Shown here piece after piece: positions 42,343 through 54,558 of a DNA stretch of 64,000 bases (positions are counted from its first letter, which is position 1; each line of letters opens with the position of its first letter). The position numbers and the translations under genes were made by a program. Source of the stretch: an uncultured bacterium (GTDB lineage: Bacteria > Patescibacteriota > Saccharimonadia > UBA4664); contig CAVUEQ010000001.1 in assembly GCA_963740635.1 (NCBI GenBank), positions 593,026-657,025 on the forward strand, given 5' to 3'. The notes below the pieces were generated by a model. The model was not told the DNA's origin. It did no database searches and was given only the letters and a program-made list of their open reading frames with translations.

Positions 42343-42370
42343 TGCGCGGGAGGCCGGAGCCTCCCGCGCA
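42343..42370 (-). terminator. 12-bp perfect GC hairpin downstream of the desaturase gene
   Basis: TGCGCGGGAGGC (42343..42354), loop CGGA, GCCTCCCGCGCA (42359..42370). Related hairpin at 43564..43591. Confidence 0.55.
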
Positions 42371-42386
42371 CCATAAGTCGCCGGCG

Positions 42387-43478
42387 TTAGGCCGGAGACT
42401 GCCGGCTTATGCGCCGGCCAACCCTCCAAAGGTGTAGCAGTACCCTGAAGTACGACCCGAAGGGGTTCGTTTCGGTGTATTCCACACCGTTGTCGATGCA
42501 GTACTGACGCACGATTCTCCGCGCGTGGCGCAGGTTCGGTCGCGGCATGCTGGGGAATAGATGATGCTCGATCTGGTAGTTCAGTCCGCCCAGAGCCAAG
42601 CTCACCAGCCAGTTGGTGAACAGAAAACCGCGTACGTTGCGCGATGTAAGCACCTGCTCGCGCAGTCGGTCCAGTTTGTCGTCGGGCTTCAGAATGAGCA
42701 TGCCCTTGTGATTCGGGGCAAAACTCAGCCCCATGTATAACCCGAACACCGCCTTGTGTACCACGAAGAACACAATTACCTGGAGCGGTGAAAGCCCAGC
42801 GAACAGCAAGGCAAAGTAGACCCCGATGTGGACCGCTAGCAGGGACAACTCCAGCTTGCGCTTCCTCTCGTACTCGGCATTACGCGCGAGCATGGCACTG
42901 ATTCCGTTAACATGGAGGTTGAGGCCCTCCAGCAGGAGCAGCGGGAGGAAATACACCGCCTGGAAACGGGAGAGAATTTGCCCGACCCGGCCGCGCTTGG
43001 CGGTCTGGTTCGCTGTAAACGCAACCAGAGGGCTATCGGCGATGTCGGGGTCCTCACCCTCTCGATTCGGATGGGCGTGGTGGCGATTGTGCTTGTCAAT
43101 CCACCAGCCGGTCGATAGCCCGCTCAGTGCGCAGCCGATCACGTAATTGAGCCTGATGCTGGCTTGTTTGGAACTGAGCACCTGCCGGTGCCCGACATCG
43201 TGGCCGAGCATGGCGACCTGAGTAGCCATGATCGCCAGCAACGCAGCGGTCACAACGATCTGCCACCAGATCGAGCCGATGTGGACGTAGGCCCACCAGC
43301 TTGAGCCGATGTGAAAGAAGGCCCACCAGACGCCTGCGAACAGCAGCCCGATGCTGGTGAACTTCCAAATGTAATAAATGGTGCGTGGCTCGAGCAGCCC
43401 AGCAGCCTTTATCTGGCGTGACAGTTTCGCGTAGTCGCTGCCTTTCTCGGTCTGCATCGTCATTGCTTGTGTGGTCAT
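42387..43478 (-). CDS. Membrane fatty-acid desaturase (DesA/front-end-like; three His boxes)
   Basis: ORF track 42387..43598, trimmed to ATG 43478 (GGAGGG upstream). His boxes HDVGH, HNRHHAH and QIEHHLF. Confidence 0.87.
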   Translation of the reverse strand: MTTQAMTMQTEKGSDYAKLSRQIKAAGLLEPRTIYYIWKFTSIGLLFAGVWWAFFHIGSSWWAYVHIGSIWWQIVVTAALLAIMATQVAMLGHDVGHRQVLSSKQASIRLNYVIGCALSGLSTGWWIDKHNRHHAHPNREGEDPDIADSPLVAFTANQTAKRGRVGQILSRFQAVYFLPLLLLEGLNLHVNGISAMLARNAEYERKRKLELSLLAVHIGVYFALLFAGLSPLQVIVFFVVHKAVFGLYMGLSFAPNHKGMLILKPDDKLDRLREQVLTSRNVRGFLFTNWLVSLALGGLNYQIEHHLFPSMPRPNLRHARRIVRQYCIDNGVEYTETNPFGSYFRVLLHLWRVGRRISRQSPA

Positions 43479-43632
43479 CAGACCCTCCGTATTCGAACGT
43501 CGAAGAACGTGGATCGATTCCACGCAAGCAGCATAGCATAACAAATGATTGCGCTTGGGCAGCGCGCGGGAGGCTCGTAAGCACCCCGCGCACCGCATCC
43601 AATATCCTCTCTTGAGACGGTGACTACGCGAC

Positions 43633-44790
43633 TTAAGGCTGCGACTCTGGCGGGCCGTGGGTCACGAGCGGACCGCTTGCCAGAATGATCTTGCGTGCGG
43701 ATCGCAACCACTTCACATCGACCACAATGCCAAGACCTTGCAGTATCCCGATGATGTACTTGCTGAAATCGAACTGGAACCAACGCCATCCGTGTGCCGC
43801 GCAGGTTTGCAGCCGATGGTGAGCGTAGTGCCAGGCCTCCCCCAGCGAAAGCAGCCACTGGAAGATCCAGAAGAAGACGTTGCGGGACGAACCCGCAATC
43901 TTGCGCGACTTCTCATCGATCTGAAACCGGCCCCACATGTGAGCGACCGAGTTCGTGCACCAAGTGACGTTGAGTATGAAAACCGCTGTGAACAGTCCAG
44001 CGATCAGAGCACCGTCCCATCCTGCGACGAGGAACGGTATCAGGAAACGCAGGGTGATGAGCCCCGGCATTGCGAGCTTCAACTTGCGAATGACCGGGTC
44101 TGCCTCCAGGTCTCCCACCCAAATCTCGTGCCGCTCCTCTTGACTCGTGGCCCAGGCCGCGGCGCGAGCCTCGTTGGTGTCGGGGCACTTGGGCGGCGGC
44201 AGCAGGTGCTTGTAGCAGTAGGTGAGGACGTGCGCATACAAGAATCCCCGGGCTGTGGGGACTCGCTCGCCGCGCTGGTTGAGCTTGCTGTAACGCATCG
44301 GCGTGTGGGAGTCAGCCTTCCGGTCCGTAAAATCGTGATGCGGCCGGTGGCGTTCTGCCCACTTAACAAGATCACCTTCCAAAGCCATGTGCCCAAGCGC
44401 CAGAAAGATAATCCTGATGATGCGCGCGATCAGGTGGTTGGCCCACTTGAAGGCGGTGTGAGTCTCGCCACGGTGGAAGCAGACAGTGATCCCCATCACC
44501 GTCCCGACGAAGAATGCGAAGCTGAGCATAAAAATCTTGTTAGTGAACATCGCATCCAGTGTGGTGAGGGGATTGCTCGTGAACGCCCGTTCCAGCCCGG
44601 GAAGGAACCGGGGGATAATCCAGGGCAGGATCTTGAACACGAAAACCCAGAGAGCCCCGAGGTGCAGACCTAGAAGGGCCGCAAAGATTCCAGGGCGGAA
44701 TTCGCGCTTGGTGTCGAACGTACCGGGGTGGGGTACGGTCAATTCCGCGGTCTCCTTAGTTGCCGTCATGAGGCACCGTCCAATTCTCAA
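43633..44790 (-). CDS. Acyl-CoA (delta-9-type) fatty-acid desaturase family protein
   Basis: 385 aa (the start could be 44769). His boxes HRGETH, HRPHHDFTD..DSHTP and WHYAHH. Confidence 0.82.
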   Translation of the reverse strand: MRIGRCLMTATKETAELTVPHPGTFDTKREFRPGIFAALLGLHLGALWVFVFKILPWIIPRFLPGLERAFTSNPLTTLDAMFTNKIFMLSFAFFVGTVMGITVCFHRGETHTAFKWANHLIARIIRIIFLALGHMALEGDLVKWAERHRPHHDFTDRKADSHTPMRYSKLNQRGERVPTARGFLYAHVLTYCYKHLLPPPKCPDTNEARAAAWATSQEERHEIWVGDLEADPVIRKLKLAMPGLITLRFLIPFLVAGWDGALIAGLFTAVFILNVTWCTNSVAHMWGRFQIDEKSRKIAGSSRNVFFWIFQWLLSLGEAWHYAHHRLQTCAAHGWRWFQFDFSKYIIGILQGLGIVVDVKWLRSARKIILASGPLVTHGPPESQP

Positions 44791-44956
44791 AAGGCGCCTC
44801 AGGGGCGCGTTCTACCGGAGGGTACCGGCTGCCCTCATATTAGATTAGCGTGAGCAGATTAGCAAAAAACCGAATATTTTAGCACACTGATGCATTTCCG
44901 TCTACGCCGCTATGGTTTGCCCGAACTTGATTTTTCTGGTAGGGTGCATTTTGTAA

Positions 44957-45196
44957 ATGACTGAACAAGACCCCAAACAGCGCGATCCCCGATTTAAGGA
45001 GTCCACGCGGCAATTGTTATTGAGCATGGCCGATACGACCTGGCGGATGTTTGTGTCGCCGGCGATTCTGGTGCCGGCCGGTATTTTTGTGGACCTCAAA
45101 ATCGGCACCAAGCCGTGGATGACGATCCTGGCTACCATCCTGGGCATGACGCTGTCGGTGCTGTTGGTGCGGCAGCAATTGCGAGGCGGCCAATGA
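44957..45196 (+). CDS. atpZ: AtpZ/AtpI-like small membrane protein preceding the ATP synthase genes
   Basis: 79 aa with two TM helices. Its stop overlaps the atpB ATG (ATGA). Confidence 0.7.
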   Translation: MTEQDPKQRDPRFKESTRQLLLSMADTTWRMFVSPAILVPAGIFVDLKIGTKPWMTILATILGMTLSVLLVRQQLRGGQ

Positions 45197-46008
45197 TATT
45201 TCTGGGGCTGACCGGCGGGCCCGAAGTGAGCGTGGGCGCGCAGACGATATTTAGTATCGGGCCGGTTAATCTGAATAACTCCCAGCTGCTGGGCATAGTG
45301 GGCTGGGCCGTGACGTTTTGGCTGTTTTTCCGCACGGTGCGCAACATCCGGCGCAAACATTATGATTACATATCGCTGGCCGTACTGTGGGCTTACGAAT
45401 ACTTGTTGGATACGGCAACGGAGGTCCTGGGCAGCCGCCAGATGGCTTTGAAGCTGGCGCCGCTGGCTATCGCGATGTTCTTCTTTATATGTGTTAACAA
45501 CTGGCTCGAGGTGCTGCCGATCCTGGGGACCGTGACATATGATGGGCAGCCACTGTTTAGGGGGCTGGCCGCGGACCTGAACTTCACCTTCGCGCTGGCC
45601 ACGATCACGTTTGTGACGGCGCACGTGTGGGCTATTCGCAAGCGCGGGTTCTTTGGCAATCTGGGCCGCTACTTCGCCAACCCGTTCAAGAACCCGCTGC
45701 ACGCTTTCGAGGGCTTCCTGGAGTTAATCGCGGAATTTTCGCGGTTTATCGCCCTATCGATGCGGTTGTTTGGGAACATCTTCGGCGGCGAAGTGCTGCT
45801 GGCGGTGATGGGCTTCATCACCTCGTATGCCTCCCCGATTACACTGCCGCCGTTTATATTGTTCGAGCTATTTATCGGGCTCATTCAAGCCTACATTTTC
45901 TTTATGCTGACGTGCGTGTTTGTATCGCTCGGCACGGTAAGCCACGACGAACCTGCCTCCCATGAGCCTGAACCTGTACTAGAGGTATCGGGAGGGGTAG
46001 CAACGTAA
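45193..46008 (+). CDS. atpB: F0F1 ATP synthase subunit a
   Basis: ORF track 45115..46008, trimmed to ATG 45193. Conserved LSMRLFGNIFGGE segment. Confidence 0.9.
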   Translation: MIFLGLTGGPEVSVGAQTIFSIGPVNLNNSQLLGIVGWAVTFWLFFRTVRNIRRKHYDYISLAVLWAYEYLLDTATEVLGSRQMALKLAPLAIAMFFFICVNNWLEVLPILGTVTYDGQPLFRGLAADLNFTFALATITFVTAHVWAIRKRGFFGNLGRYFANPFKNPLHAFEGFLELIAEFSRFIALSMRLFGNIFGGEVLLAVMGFITSYASPITLPPFILFELFIGLIQAYIFFMLTCVFVSLGTVSHDEPASHEPEPVLEVSGGVAT

Positions 46009-46040
46009 ATGTTAACTAATTAAAAGGAAGTATTAATAAT

Positions 46041-46256
46041 ATGGAATCACTCGCATTTGGTCTGACCTACTCCATCGCCGGTGGACTCGCCGCCGTGGGC
46101 GTGGGTCTCGTGGGCGCGGCCGCGGTGGCAGCCGTGGGCCGCAACCCTGACGCCATCGGTACCATCCGCACCATGATGATCCTGGCCATGAGTTTCGTGG
46201 ACGCCCTGGCGATCATCGGCTTGGTGGTGGCGCTCATTATTAAGTTCTTGAAGTAA
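46041..46256 (+). CDS. atpE: F0F1 ATP synthase subunit c
   Basis: 71 aa hairpin proteolipid (GRNPD loop; FVDALAIIG with the carboxylate position). Confidence 0.92.
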   Translation: MESLAFGLTYSIAGGLAAVGVGLVGAAAVAAVGRNPDAIGTIRTMMILAMSFVDALAIIGLVVALIIKFLK

Positions 46257-46266
46257 GGGGTAGTAA

Positions 46267-46791
46267 GTGCCGGTATTTTTGGCTGAAACATCAGGACTGG
46301 CAGGGCTGTTTAGCGCCCTGGGGTTGAATTTGCAGACATTTCTGCTGGATTTGGCGGCGTTTTTGGTGTCGGCCTATGTAGTGGGGCGCTATGTGTTCCC
46401 GCCGCTGACGAAAGCCCTCGACTCCAAGCGCGACGAACTCGAGGCGGCTACCCGTCAGCAGGACGACGCCCGCAAGGCGTTGGAGAAGGCCCAAGCGGCG
46501 GCTGACGAGATGATGGCGAAGGCTCGCGCGTCGGCCGACGAAGTGTTGAGCCTGGCGCACAAAGACGCGGCCGAGCAGATTGACGCGGCGCGGGTGAAGG
46601 CCGAGGCCCAAACCGAGCGCATCATCGGCGAGGCGCGGGAGCAGATTGCCCGCGACGTGCAGGGCGCGCGCCAGGCGCTGAAGGCCGACACGGCCCGGCT
46701 AGTGGCCGCGGCCACCGAGACGGTGCTGGGCGAGCAGCTCGACGAGGCCCGCGACGGCGCCGTGATCGCCCGCAGCCTGGAGGCCCGGTAG
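46267..46791 (+). CDS. atpF: F0F1 ATP synthase subunit b
   Basis: 174 aa. GTG start, an N-terminal TM helix, then a long charged helix. Confidence 0.85.
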   Translation: MPVFLAETSGLAGLFSALGLNLQTFLLDLAAFLVSAYVVGRYVFPPLTKALDSKRDELEAATRQQDDARKALEKAQAAADEMMAKARASADEVLSLAHKDAAEQIDAARVKAEAQTERIIGEAREQIARDVQGARQALKADTARLVAAATETVLGEQLDEARDGAVIARSLEAR

Positions 46792-46793
46792 CC

Positions 46794-47186
46794 ATGGCGA
46801 CCAAGGTCACGCGCGGACAAGTGGCGGACTACGTGGCCGCGGCGTTGCCGGAGCGGCGCGCCGAGGCCGTGGCGGCAGCGGCGGCCTGGCTGGTGGACAC
46901 CGGCCGGGGACGCCAAGCCGGCTACCTGGCCCGAGATGTGGCCGCCGAGCTCGCCCGCCGCGGTTACGTGCTGGTGCGCGTGACGACGGCGCGTCCGCTC
47001 GGCGAGGCCGCGCGCGCTGAGGTCGAGGAATTTGTGCGGTCGGCCACCGGCGCACGCGAGCTGGAGGTGGAGACCCTGGAGGATCCGGAAGTGGTTGGCG
47101 GCGTGCGGATTGAGACCCCCACCGGCGTGCTCGACGGCACCGTGAAGACCCGCCTGGCCAAGTTTGTACAAGGATTTACCCGATGA
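46794..47186 (+). CDS. atpH: F0F1 ATP synthase subunit delta (short form)
   Basis: 130 aa. C-terminal VVGGVRIETPTGVLDGTVKTRL matches the OSCP/delta C-terminus. The N-terminal domain is abbreviated. Confidence 0.75.
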   Translation: MATKVTRGQVADYVAAALPERRAEAVAAAAAWLVDTGRGRQAGYLARDVAAELARRGYVLVRVTTARPLGEAARAEVEEFVRSATGARELEVETLEDPEVVGGVRIETPTGVLDGTVKTRLAKFVQGFTR

Positions 47187-47222
47187 TGAACACATCTCGA
47201 ATTTTGCGCATTTTGCAGATTA

Positions 47223-48770
47223 ATGGAGACGGACATGAATGATTTGAACGTAAAAGAGCTCAGCCGCGAACTGCAAGACGCGATCGCCGGCCTCAAGCAG
47301 ACCGAAGGCCTGGAAGAAACCGGCGTGGTGACGCGCGTGAGCGACGGCGTAGTGTGGGTGTATGGCCTGCGCCAGGCCGGATTCAGCGATGTGATTTTGG
47401 TGGACACCGACGGCGACGCCCCGGCCCGGGCCTTCGCGCTCAACCTGCTCGAAGACGAGCTGGGCGCGGTGCTGCTGGACAAGGAAACCGGGGTGAGGGC
47501 CGGCGCCAAGGTGCGGCTGAGCGGCCGGCGCCTGGAGGTGCCGGTGGGCCCCGAGCTGGTCGGCCGCGTGGTGGACCCGCTGGGCAACCCGCTCGACGGC
47601 CTCGGCCCCATAAAGGCCAAGCTCACCGGCGCCATTGAGCGCCAGGCGCCCGGCGTGATGGACCGGCGCGGTGTGCACGAGCCGCTGGCTACCGGCATCA
47701 TCGCCATCGACACCATGGTGCCGATCGGGCGCGGCCAGCGGGAACTGCTCATCGGCGACCGGCAAACCGGTAAAACCGCCATCGCCATCGACACCATGAT
47801 CAACCAGAAGCGCCAAAATACCGGCGTGATCAATGTGTATGTGGCTATCGGCCAAAAGCTGAGCAAGGTGGCGGCGCTGGTGGAGCGGCTGAAGCGCGAA
47901 GGCGTGATGGAGCAGACCATCGTGGTGGCCACTTCCCCGGCCGACCCGGCGGCTTTGCTGTACCTGGCGCCCTACGCCGGCACGGCCATCGGCGAGTACT
48001 TCCGCGACCACAAGCAGCACGCGCTCATGATCTACGACGATCTGTCCAAGCACGCGGTGGCTTATCGCCAGATGTCGCTGCTGCTGCGCCGCCCCCCGGG
48101 CCGCGAGGCTTACCCCGGCGACGTGTTTTACCTGCATTCGCGGCTGCTGGAGCGCTCGGCCAAGCTCAGCGACAAGCTGGGCGGCGGCTCGCTGACGGCG
48201 CTGCCGATCATTGAGACCCAGGCCGGCGACGTGTCGGCGTACATCCCGACCAACGTCATCTCTATCACCGACGGCCAGATCTTCCTCGAAACCAACCTGT
48301 TTTACCAGGGTATCCGGCCGGCCATTTCGGTGGGCCTGAGCGTGAGCCGCGTAGGTGGCGCCGCCCAGCTCAAGTCGACCAAGAGCGTGGCGGGTTCGTT
48401 GCGCGTGGAGCTGGCGCAGTTCCGCGAACTGGCGGCATTCTCGCAGTTTGCCTCGGACCTCGACGACGACACCAAGCGCAGCATTGCCCGCGGGCGGTTG
48501 CTGACTGAGATTTTGAAGCAGAAGCAATACGCCCCCCTAAGCGCCGCCGACCAGGTCATAATGCTGCTGGCCGCTACCAAAGGCGCGTTTGACCACATCA
48601 TGAACCACCACATTGAGCAAGCCGTGCGCGAACTGCTGGCCAAGATTAAAAAAGACCACCCCAAGCTGATCGACAGCCTGAATACCGGTACCAAGCCCAC
48701 CGACGAAGAGGTGGAGCAGGTCGTGAAGGCCGCCGAGCATGTGGCGAAAACTTTCGGCAAGGAAGAGTAG
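47223..48770 (+). CDS. atpA: F0F1 ATP synthase subunit alpha
   Basis: 515 aa. Walker A GDRQTGKT. Confidence 0.97.
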   Translation: METDMNDLNVKELSRELQDAIAGLKQTEGLEETGVVTRVSDGVVWVYGLRQAGFSDVILVDTDGDAPARAFALNLLEDELGAVLLDKETGVRAGAKVRLSGRRLEVPVGPELVGRVVDPLGNPLDGLGPIKAKLTGAIERQAPGVMDRRGVHEPLATGIIAIDTMVPIGRGQRELLIGDRQTGKTAIAIDTMINQKRQNTGVINVYVAIGQKLSKVAALVERLKREGVMEQTIVVATSPADPAALLYLAPYAGTAIGEYFRDHKQHALMIYDDLSKHAVAYRQMSLLLRRPPGREAYPGDVFYLHSRLLERSAKLSDKLGGGSLTALPIIETQAGDVSAYIPTNVISITDGQIFLETNLFYQGIRPAISVGLSVSRVGGAAQLKSTKSVAGSLRVELAQFRELAAFSQFASDLDDDTKRSIARGRLLTEILKQKQYAPLSAADQVIMLLAATKGAFDHIMNHHIEQAVRELLAKIKKDHPKLIDSLNTGTKPTDEEVEQVVKAAEHVAKTFGKEE

Positions 48771-48779
48771 GAACGGATA

Positions 48780-51099
<2,320 letters not shown>

Positions 51100-51100
<1 letters not shown>

Positions 51101-51540
51101 TGCATTTCGAGCTGCTGACATTAACGGGCGCGAAGTTCCAGGGCGAGGTCACGCAGGTGTCGTTGACCACGGTTGACGGCCAGATCGGGATTTTGCCACA
51201 CCACGAGGAGCTCACGGCCATTGCCGTCCCTGGGCCGGTGCGGGTGCGCGAGCGCGGCGGCAAGGAATCGGTGTTCGCGACGTTTGGCGGGCTGCTCGAG
51301 ATTGACCCCGACGGCACCACGCGCCTGCTGGCCGACGAGGCCGAGCACGCCGACGAACTGGTGCAGGCCGAGATCGAGAAGGCCCTGGAGATGGCGGAGC
51401 AGCTGAAGGCCGCCGCCAAGGACAAGCACGAGCTGGCCCGCGCCCAGCAACTGGTGGACCGCCAGACCGTCCGCCTCGGCGTGGCCAAACTCCGCCGCCG
51501 CCCGCACGGCACCCCCGAGCGCCAAACTCCGCCGGAGTAG
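51100..51540 (+). CDS. atpC: F0F1 ATP synthase subunit epsilon
   Basis: 146 aa. The ATG overlaps the atpD stop by 1 nt. N-terminal beta-sandwich pattern (GQIGILPHHEEL). Confidence 0.9.
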
Positions 51541-51553
51541 CGCTACTCTCAGC

Positions 51554-52246
51554 CTATTTTGCCGAAAATATGAACGGATTGAAGTTCGTAGTGCGGTCGT
51601 AGTAGTCTTCGTGCTCGAGACGCTTGAGTTTTGCTACCACCCAGTAAGTCACCGGCGTCATCAGGATTTCCACACTCGATTTTATAAACCAGCCCGACAG
51701 GATTGTGGGAACCAGTAGGCCGGGCGGAATGACATTAGACAAAGCAATTGTGTAAAACAGAGTGGTGTCGACGAGCTGCCCGGCAATGGTTGACCCAGAG
51801 GTCCGTGTCCACAGATACTTACCATTTGTAAGCAGTTTCATTTTTGCCATGGTAAAGTCATTCACAAACTGGCCGGCAAATAAGGCGATGAGGCCGCCGA
51901 CTACAATTCGCGGTGCCTGGCCAAACACGAGCGTAAAAGCGTCATTGCCCACGAAACCGGGGGCGGGCGGAAACAGCGTCACGATTTGGTAGATGGTGGC
52001 GGCGAGAAGTTGGGCGGCGATCAAAATCCAGGTGGCGCGCCTGGCCTGCTTGTAGCCGTATACCTCGGTTAGAAGATCACCGAAAATGTACGTCAAGGGA
52101 AAATACAAGACCGTGACCGAAACGGTAAATATTCCGATCTGGGTTATTTTGCCGGCGGTGGTGTTGGCAATGATCATCATTGCAACAGCCGCGCACAATA
52201 TTAGGTCGAGGTAGCGGTATCTTTTGGGTGGTAGTGGCGTATTCAT
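51554..52246 (-). CDS. yhhQ: Queuosine-precursor transporter (YhhQ/DUF165 family)
   Basis: 230 aa polytopic protein. TEVYGYKQARRATW motif. Confidence 0.82.
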   Translation of the reverse strand: MNTPLPPKRYRYLDLILCAAVAMMIIANTTAGKITQIGIFTVSVTVLYFPLTYIFGDLLTEVYGYKQARRATWILIAAQLLAATIYQIVTLFPPAPGFVGNDAFTLVFGQAPRIVVGGLIALFAGQFVNDFTMAKMKLLTNGKYLWTRTSGSTIAGQLVDTTLFYTIALSNVIPPGLLVPTILSGWFIKSSVEILMTPVTYWVVAKLKRLEHEDYYDRTTNFNPFIFSAK

Positions 52247-52273
52247 GATTTTGACGTTACAAGGGTGTGATAT

Positions 52274-52293
52274 TTTAACAAATAAGTGTTAAA
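52274..52293 (+). promoter_or_regulatory. 7-bp inverted repeat in the 5' region of the TrmB-like regulator gene (candidate auto-operator)
   Basis: TTTAACA (52274..52280), 6 nt, TGTTAAA (52287..52293), 9 nt before ATG 52302. Confidence 0.3.
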
Positions 52294-52301
52294 GTCGCTC
52301 C

Positions 52302-53003
52302 ATGAAAATCGCATCGCCACAAGCGCTTTTGGTCTACAGGGAGATCCAGCGGCATGGCCAGCCAACTGCCAAAGAAATTGCGGCCGCCCTGGGAATTTTA
52401 CCCAATGCCATCTATCGGCTTGTGGCCGAGCTAACCAGCATCGGGGTAGTGAAGCAACATGACGGCTATCCGGCTACCTTTTCCGCTCTCCCCTACGATT
52501 CGGCGATGGGATGGTATGTGGAAAATGCCCAGCGCACTTTTAGCCGGAATTTCAGAGATGGCAATGACCCAACCGGACCAGGCCAAGCAATTTCATTGAT
52601 AACGACTAGAAGTGCGCTGCTGAAAAGCTCCGACAAAGACGCATCGCGGGCAGCAAGTGAAATTTGTCTGTTGGTTTCCGGGCTGGAAGTGCCCGCCGAC
52701 ACAGTAATGATTTACCAGCGGGCGGCTGCGCGGGGAGTGAGTATCAAGGCGATTTTGCAAAAACGTGACGACACCAGCCCGGCGCTGCTCGAGCGCTGGC
52801 GTCGGATTGCGACTGACGTTCGGTTTGGGCAGGATTTAGGGATTAGGCTTTTTGTTTTTGATTCGAAAGTGAGTTATTTGACTTCTTACTCTCAAGGAAA
52901 CAAGGAAGAAGCTTATGGTCTGCGCTGTGATTACGAGTCGCTAGCAGCCACCTTACGAAATGCCTTTGAGCAGCGTTGGCAAAGCGCTGTCTCGGCGATT
53001 TAG
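52302..53003 (+). CDS. TrmB-like winged-helix transcriptional regulator
   Basis: 233 aa. N-terminal HTH segment YREIQRHGQPTAKEIAAALGILPNAIYRLVAELTSIGVV. Confidence 0.72.
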   Translation: MKIASPQALLVYREIQRHGQPTAKEIAAALGILPNAIYRLVAELTSIGVVKQHDGYPATFSALPYDSAMGWYVENAQRTFSRNFRDGNDPTGPGQAISLITTRSALLKSSDKDASRAASEICLLVSGLEVPADTVMIYQRAAARGVSIKAILQKRDDTSPALLERWRRIATDVRFGQDLGIRLFVFDSKVSYLTSYSQGNKEEAYGLRCDYESLAATLRNAFEQRWQSAVSAI

Positions 53004-53467
53004 GCGCGGCCTTGGTCGAGGATGGCTATGAGGCCGGCGTTGCCGGTGTAGCGGACCGCAGTGAGGCCGGCTGCGGCGGCGGCATCGATGTTGGCCTGCG
53101 CGTCATCGATATACAGAATTTGGGCCGGGGCGAAGCCGATGCGGTAGGACAGTGTGAGGTAGGCCTCGGATTCGGTTTTGGAAAACCCGAGCGAGTCGGA
53201 ATTTATAATTTCGCGGAAAATGCCCTCAAGCGACGGTGCGATTTCGGGCAGACTGTGCAGCCGGCCGTTGGTGAAGAGAAATATTGGCACGCGCTGGGAC
53301 AGGCCGCGCAGGTAATCCAGAAGTTCGGTGTTGAGGTGGAAGTGCTCCAGCACGCGGTAGCCGGACTGCTCTTGGAGTTTTTCGTGGTGCCGGTTGAGGC
53401 TGGGCACGTCGTCGCGGGCGAAGATGAGGACCCGGGAGAAATCGATGACGACGGCGGCGATGTTCAT
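53000..53467 (-). CDS. HAD-IA-like hydrolase (short)
   Basis: 155 aa. VVIDFSRVL (motif I variant) and LYIDDAQANIDAAAAAG (motif IV). 4-nt overlap with asd. Confidence 0.7.
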   Translation of the reverse strand: MNIAAVVIDFSRVLIFARDDVPSLNRHHEKLQEQSGYRVLEHFHLNTELLDYLRGLSQRVPIFLFTNGRLHSLPEIAPSLEGIFREIINSDSLGFSKTESEAYLTLSYRIGFAPAQILYIDDAQANIDAAAAAGLTAVRYTGNAGLIAILDQGRA

Positions 53468-54558
53468 GGTTTGATTATATAGCCTGCGGCCACAAGATAC
53501 TCGGCCATTAACACGGCCCCGCCGGCTGCGCCGCGGACGGTATTGTGGGCGAGGGTGACGAATTTCCAGTGGGCGAGCGGGTCAACCCGTAGGCGGCCCA
53601 TGGTGACGCCCATGCCGTGTTCGAAGTCGCGGTCGAGGCGGATTTGGGGGCGGTCGGGTTCGTCGAAGTATTTGATGAGCTGCGTCGGCGCGGAGGGTAA
53701 TTTGAGCTTGGTGAGGGGATTTTCGAAGGTATTGATGGCGTCGAGGATTTGGGCTTGGGTGGGGTTATCGGCGAATTTCACGCTCACACTGGCCAGGTGG
53801 CCGTCGGTGACGGGCACGCGGATGCAGGTGGCGGAAATGGTTGGGCTGGTGGCTTCTTGAATGCGGCCGTCCGTGAGCCGGCCCCAGATTTTGAGCGGCT
53901 CACGCTCGGATTTGTCCTCTTCGCCGCCGATGAGCGGGATGACATTGTCGGTCATTTCGGGCCAGGTGGCGAAGGTTTTACCGGCGCCGGAGATGGCCTG
54001 GAGGCTCACGACCGAGACCTCGGTGGGCTGGAGCTGGGCGAGGGCGGTGAGCACGGAGACGTAGGATTGGATAGAGCAATTGGGTTTGACGGCAATGAGG
54101 CCGGTGGTCCAGCTGCGGTTGCGGCGCTGGGCGTGGATGAGTTCGGCGTGGTGCGGGTTGACCTCGGGCATGAGCATGGGGACGTCGCCGGTGAGGCGAT
54201 GGGCGGAATTGTTGGAGATGACGGCCACACCGGCGGCGGCGTAGTCTTCTTCGATGCGGCGGATGGCGGGCTTGTCGAGGTCGAGGGCGCAGAACACGAC
54301 GTCGGTGGCGGCTGCGAGGGAGGTGAGGTCGGCCTGTACATCGCGGACGGTGAGGCCGGCGATGGCCGGCGGCACCTCGGCGGCCATCGCCGTGGCCCAG
54401 CGGCCGGCCACGGCCTCGGCATAGGCCCGGCCGGCCGAACGCGGAGAGGCCGCCACGGCGACCACCTCAAACCACGGGTGGTCCGCCAGCAGCGTCACAA
54501 ACCGCTGGCCCACCATGCCGGTGGCGCCGAGAATACCGGTGCGCAGTTTCTTAGCCAC
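53464..54558 (-). CDS. asd: Aspartate-semialdehyde dehydrogenase
   Basis: 364 aa. GILGATGMVGQRF and the active-site region KPNCSIQ. Confidence 0.93.
   Translation of the reverse strand: MAKKLRTGILGATGMVGQRFVTLLADHPWFEVVAVAASPRSAGRAYAEAVAGRWATAMAAEVPPAIAGLTVRDVQADLTSLAAATDVVFCALDLDKPAIRRIEEDYAAAGVAVISNNSAHRLTGDVPMLMPEVNPHHAELIHAQRRNRSWTTGLIAVKPNCSIQSYVSVLTALAQLQPTEVSVVSLQAISGAGKTFATWPEMTDNVIPLIGGEEDKSEREPLKIWGRLTDGRIQEATSPTISATCIRVPVTDGHLASVSVKFADNPTQAQILDAINTFENPLTKLKLPSAPTQLIKYFDEPDRPQIRLDRDFEHGMGVTMGRLRVDPLAHWKFVTLAHNTVRGAAGGAVLMAEYLVAAGYIIKP

Noticed and set aside
44902-45702. 266-aa minus-strand ORF overlapping atpZ/atpB.
   Set aside because: The opposite strand encodes ATP synthase subunit a with conserved motifs and operon context.
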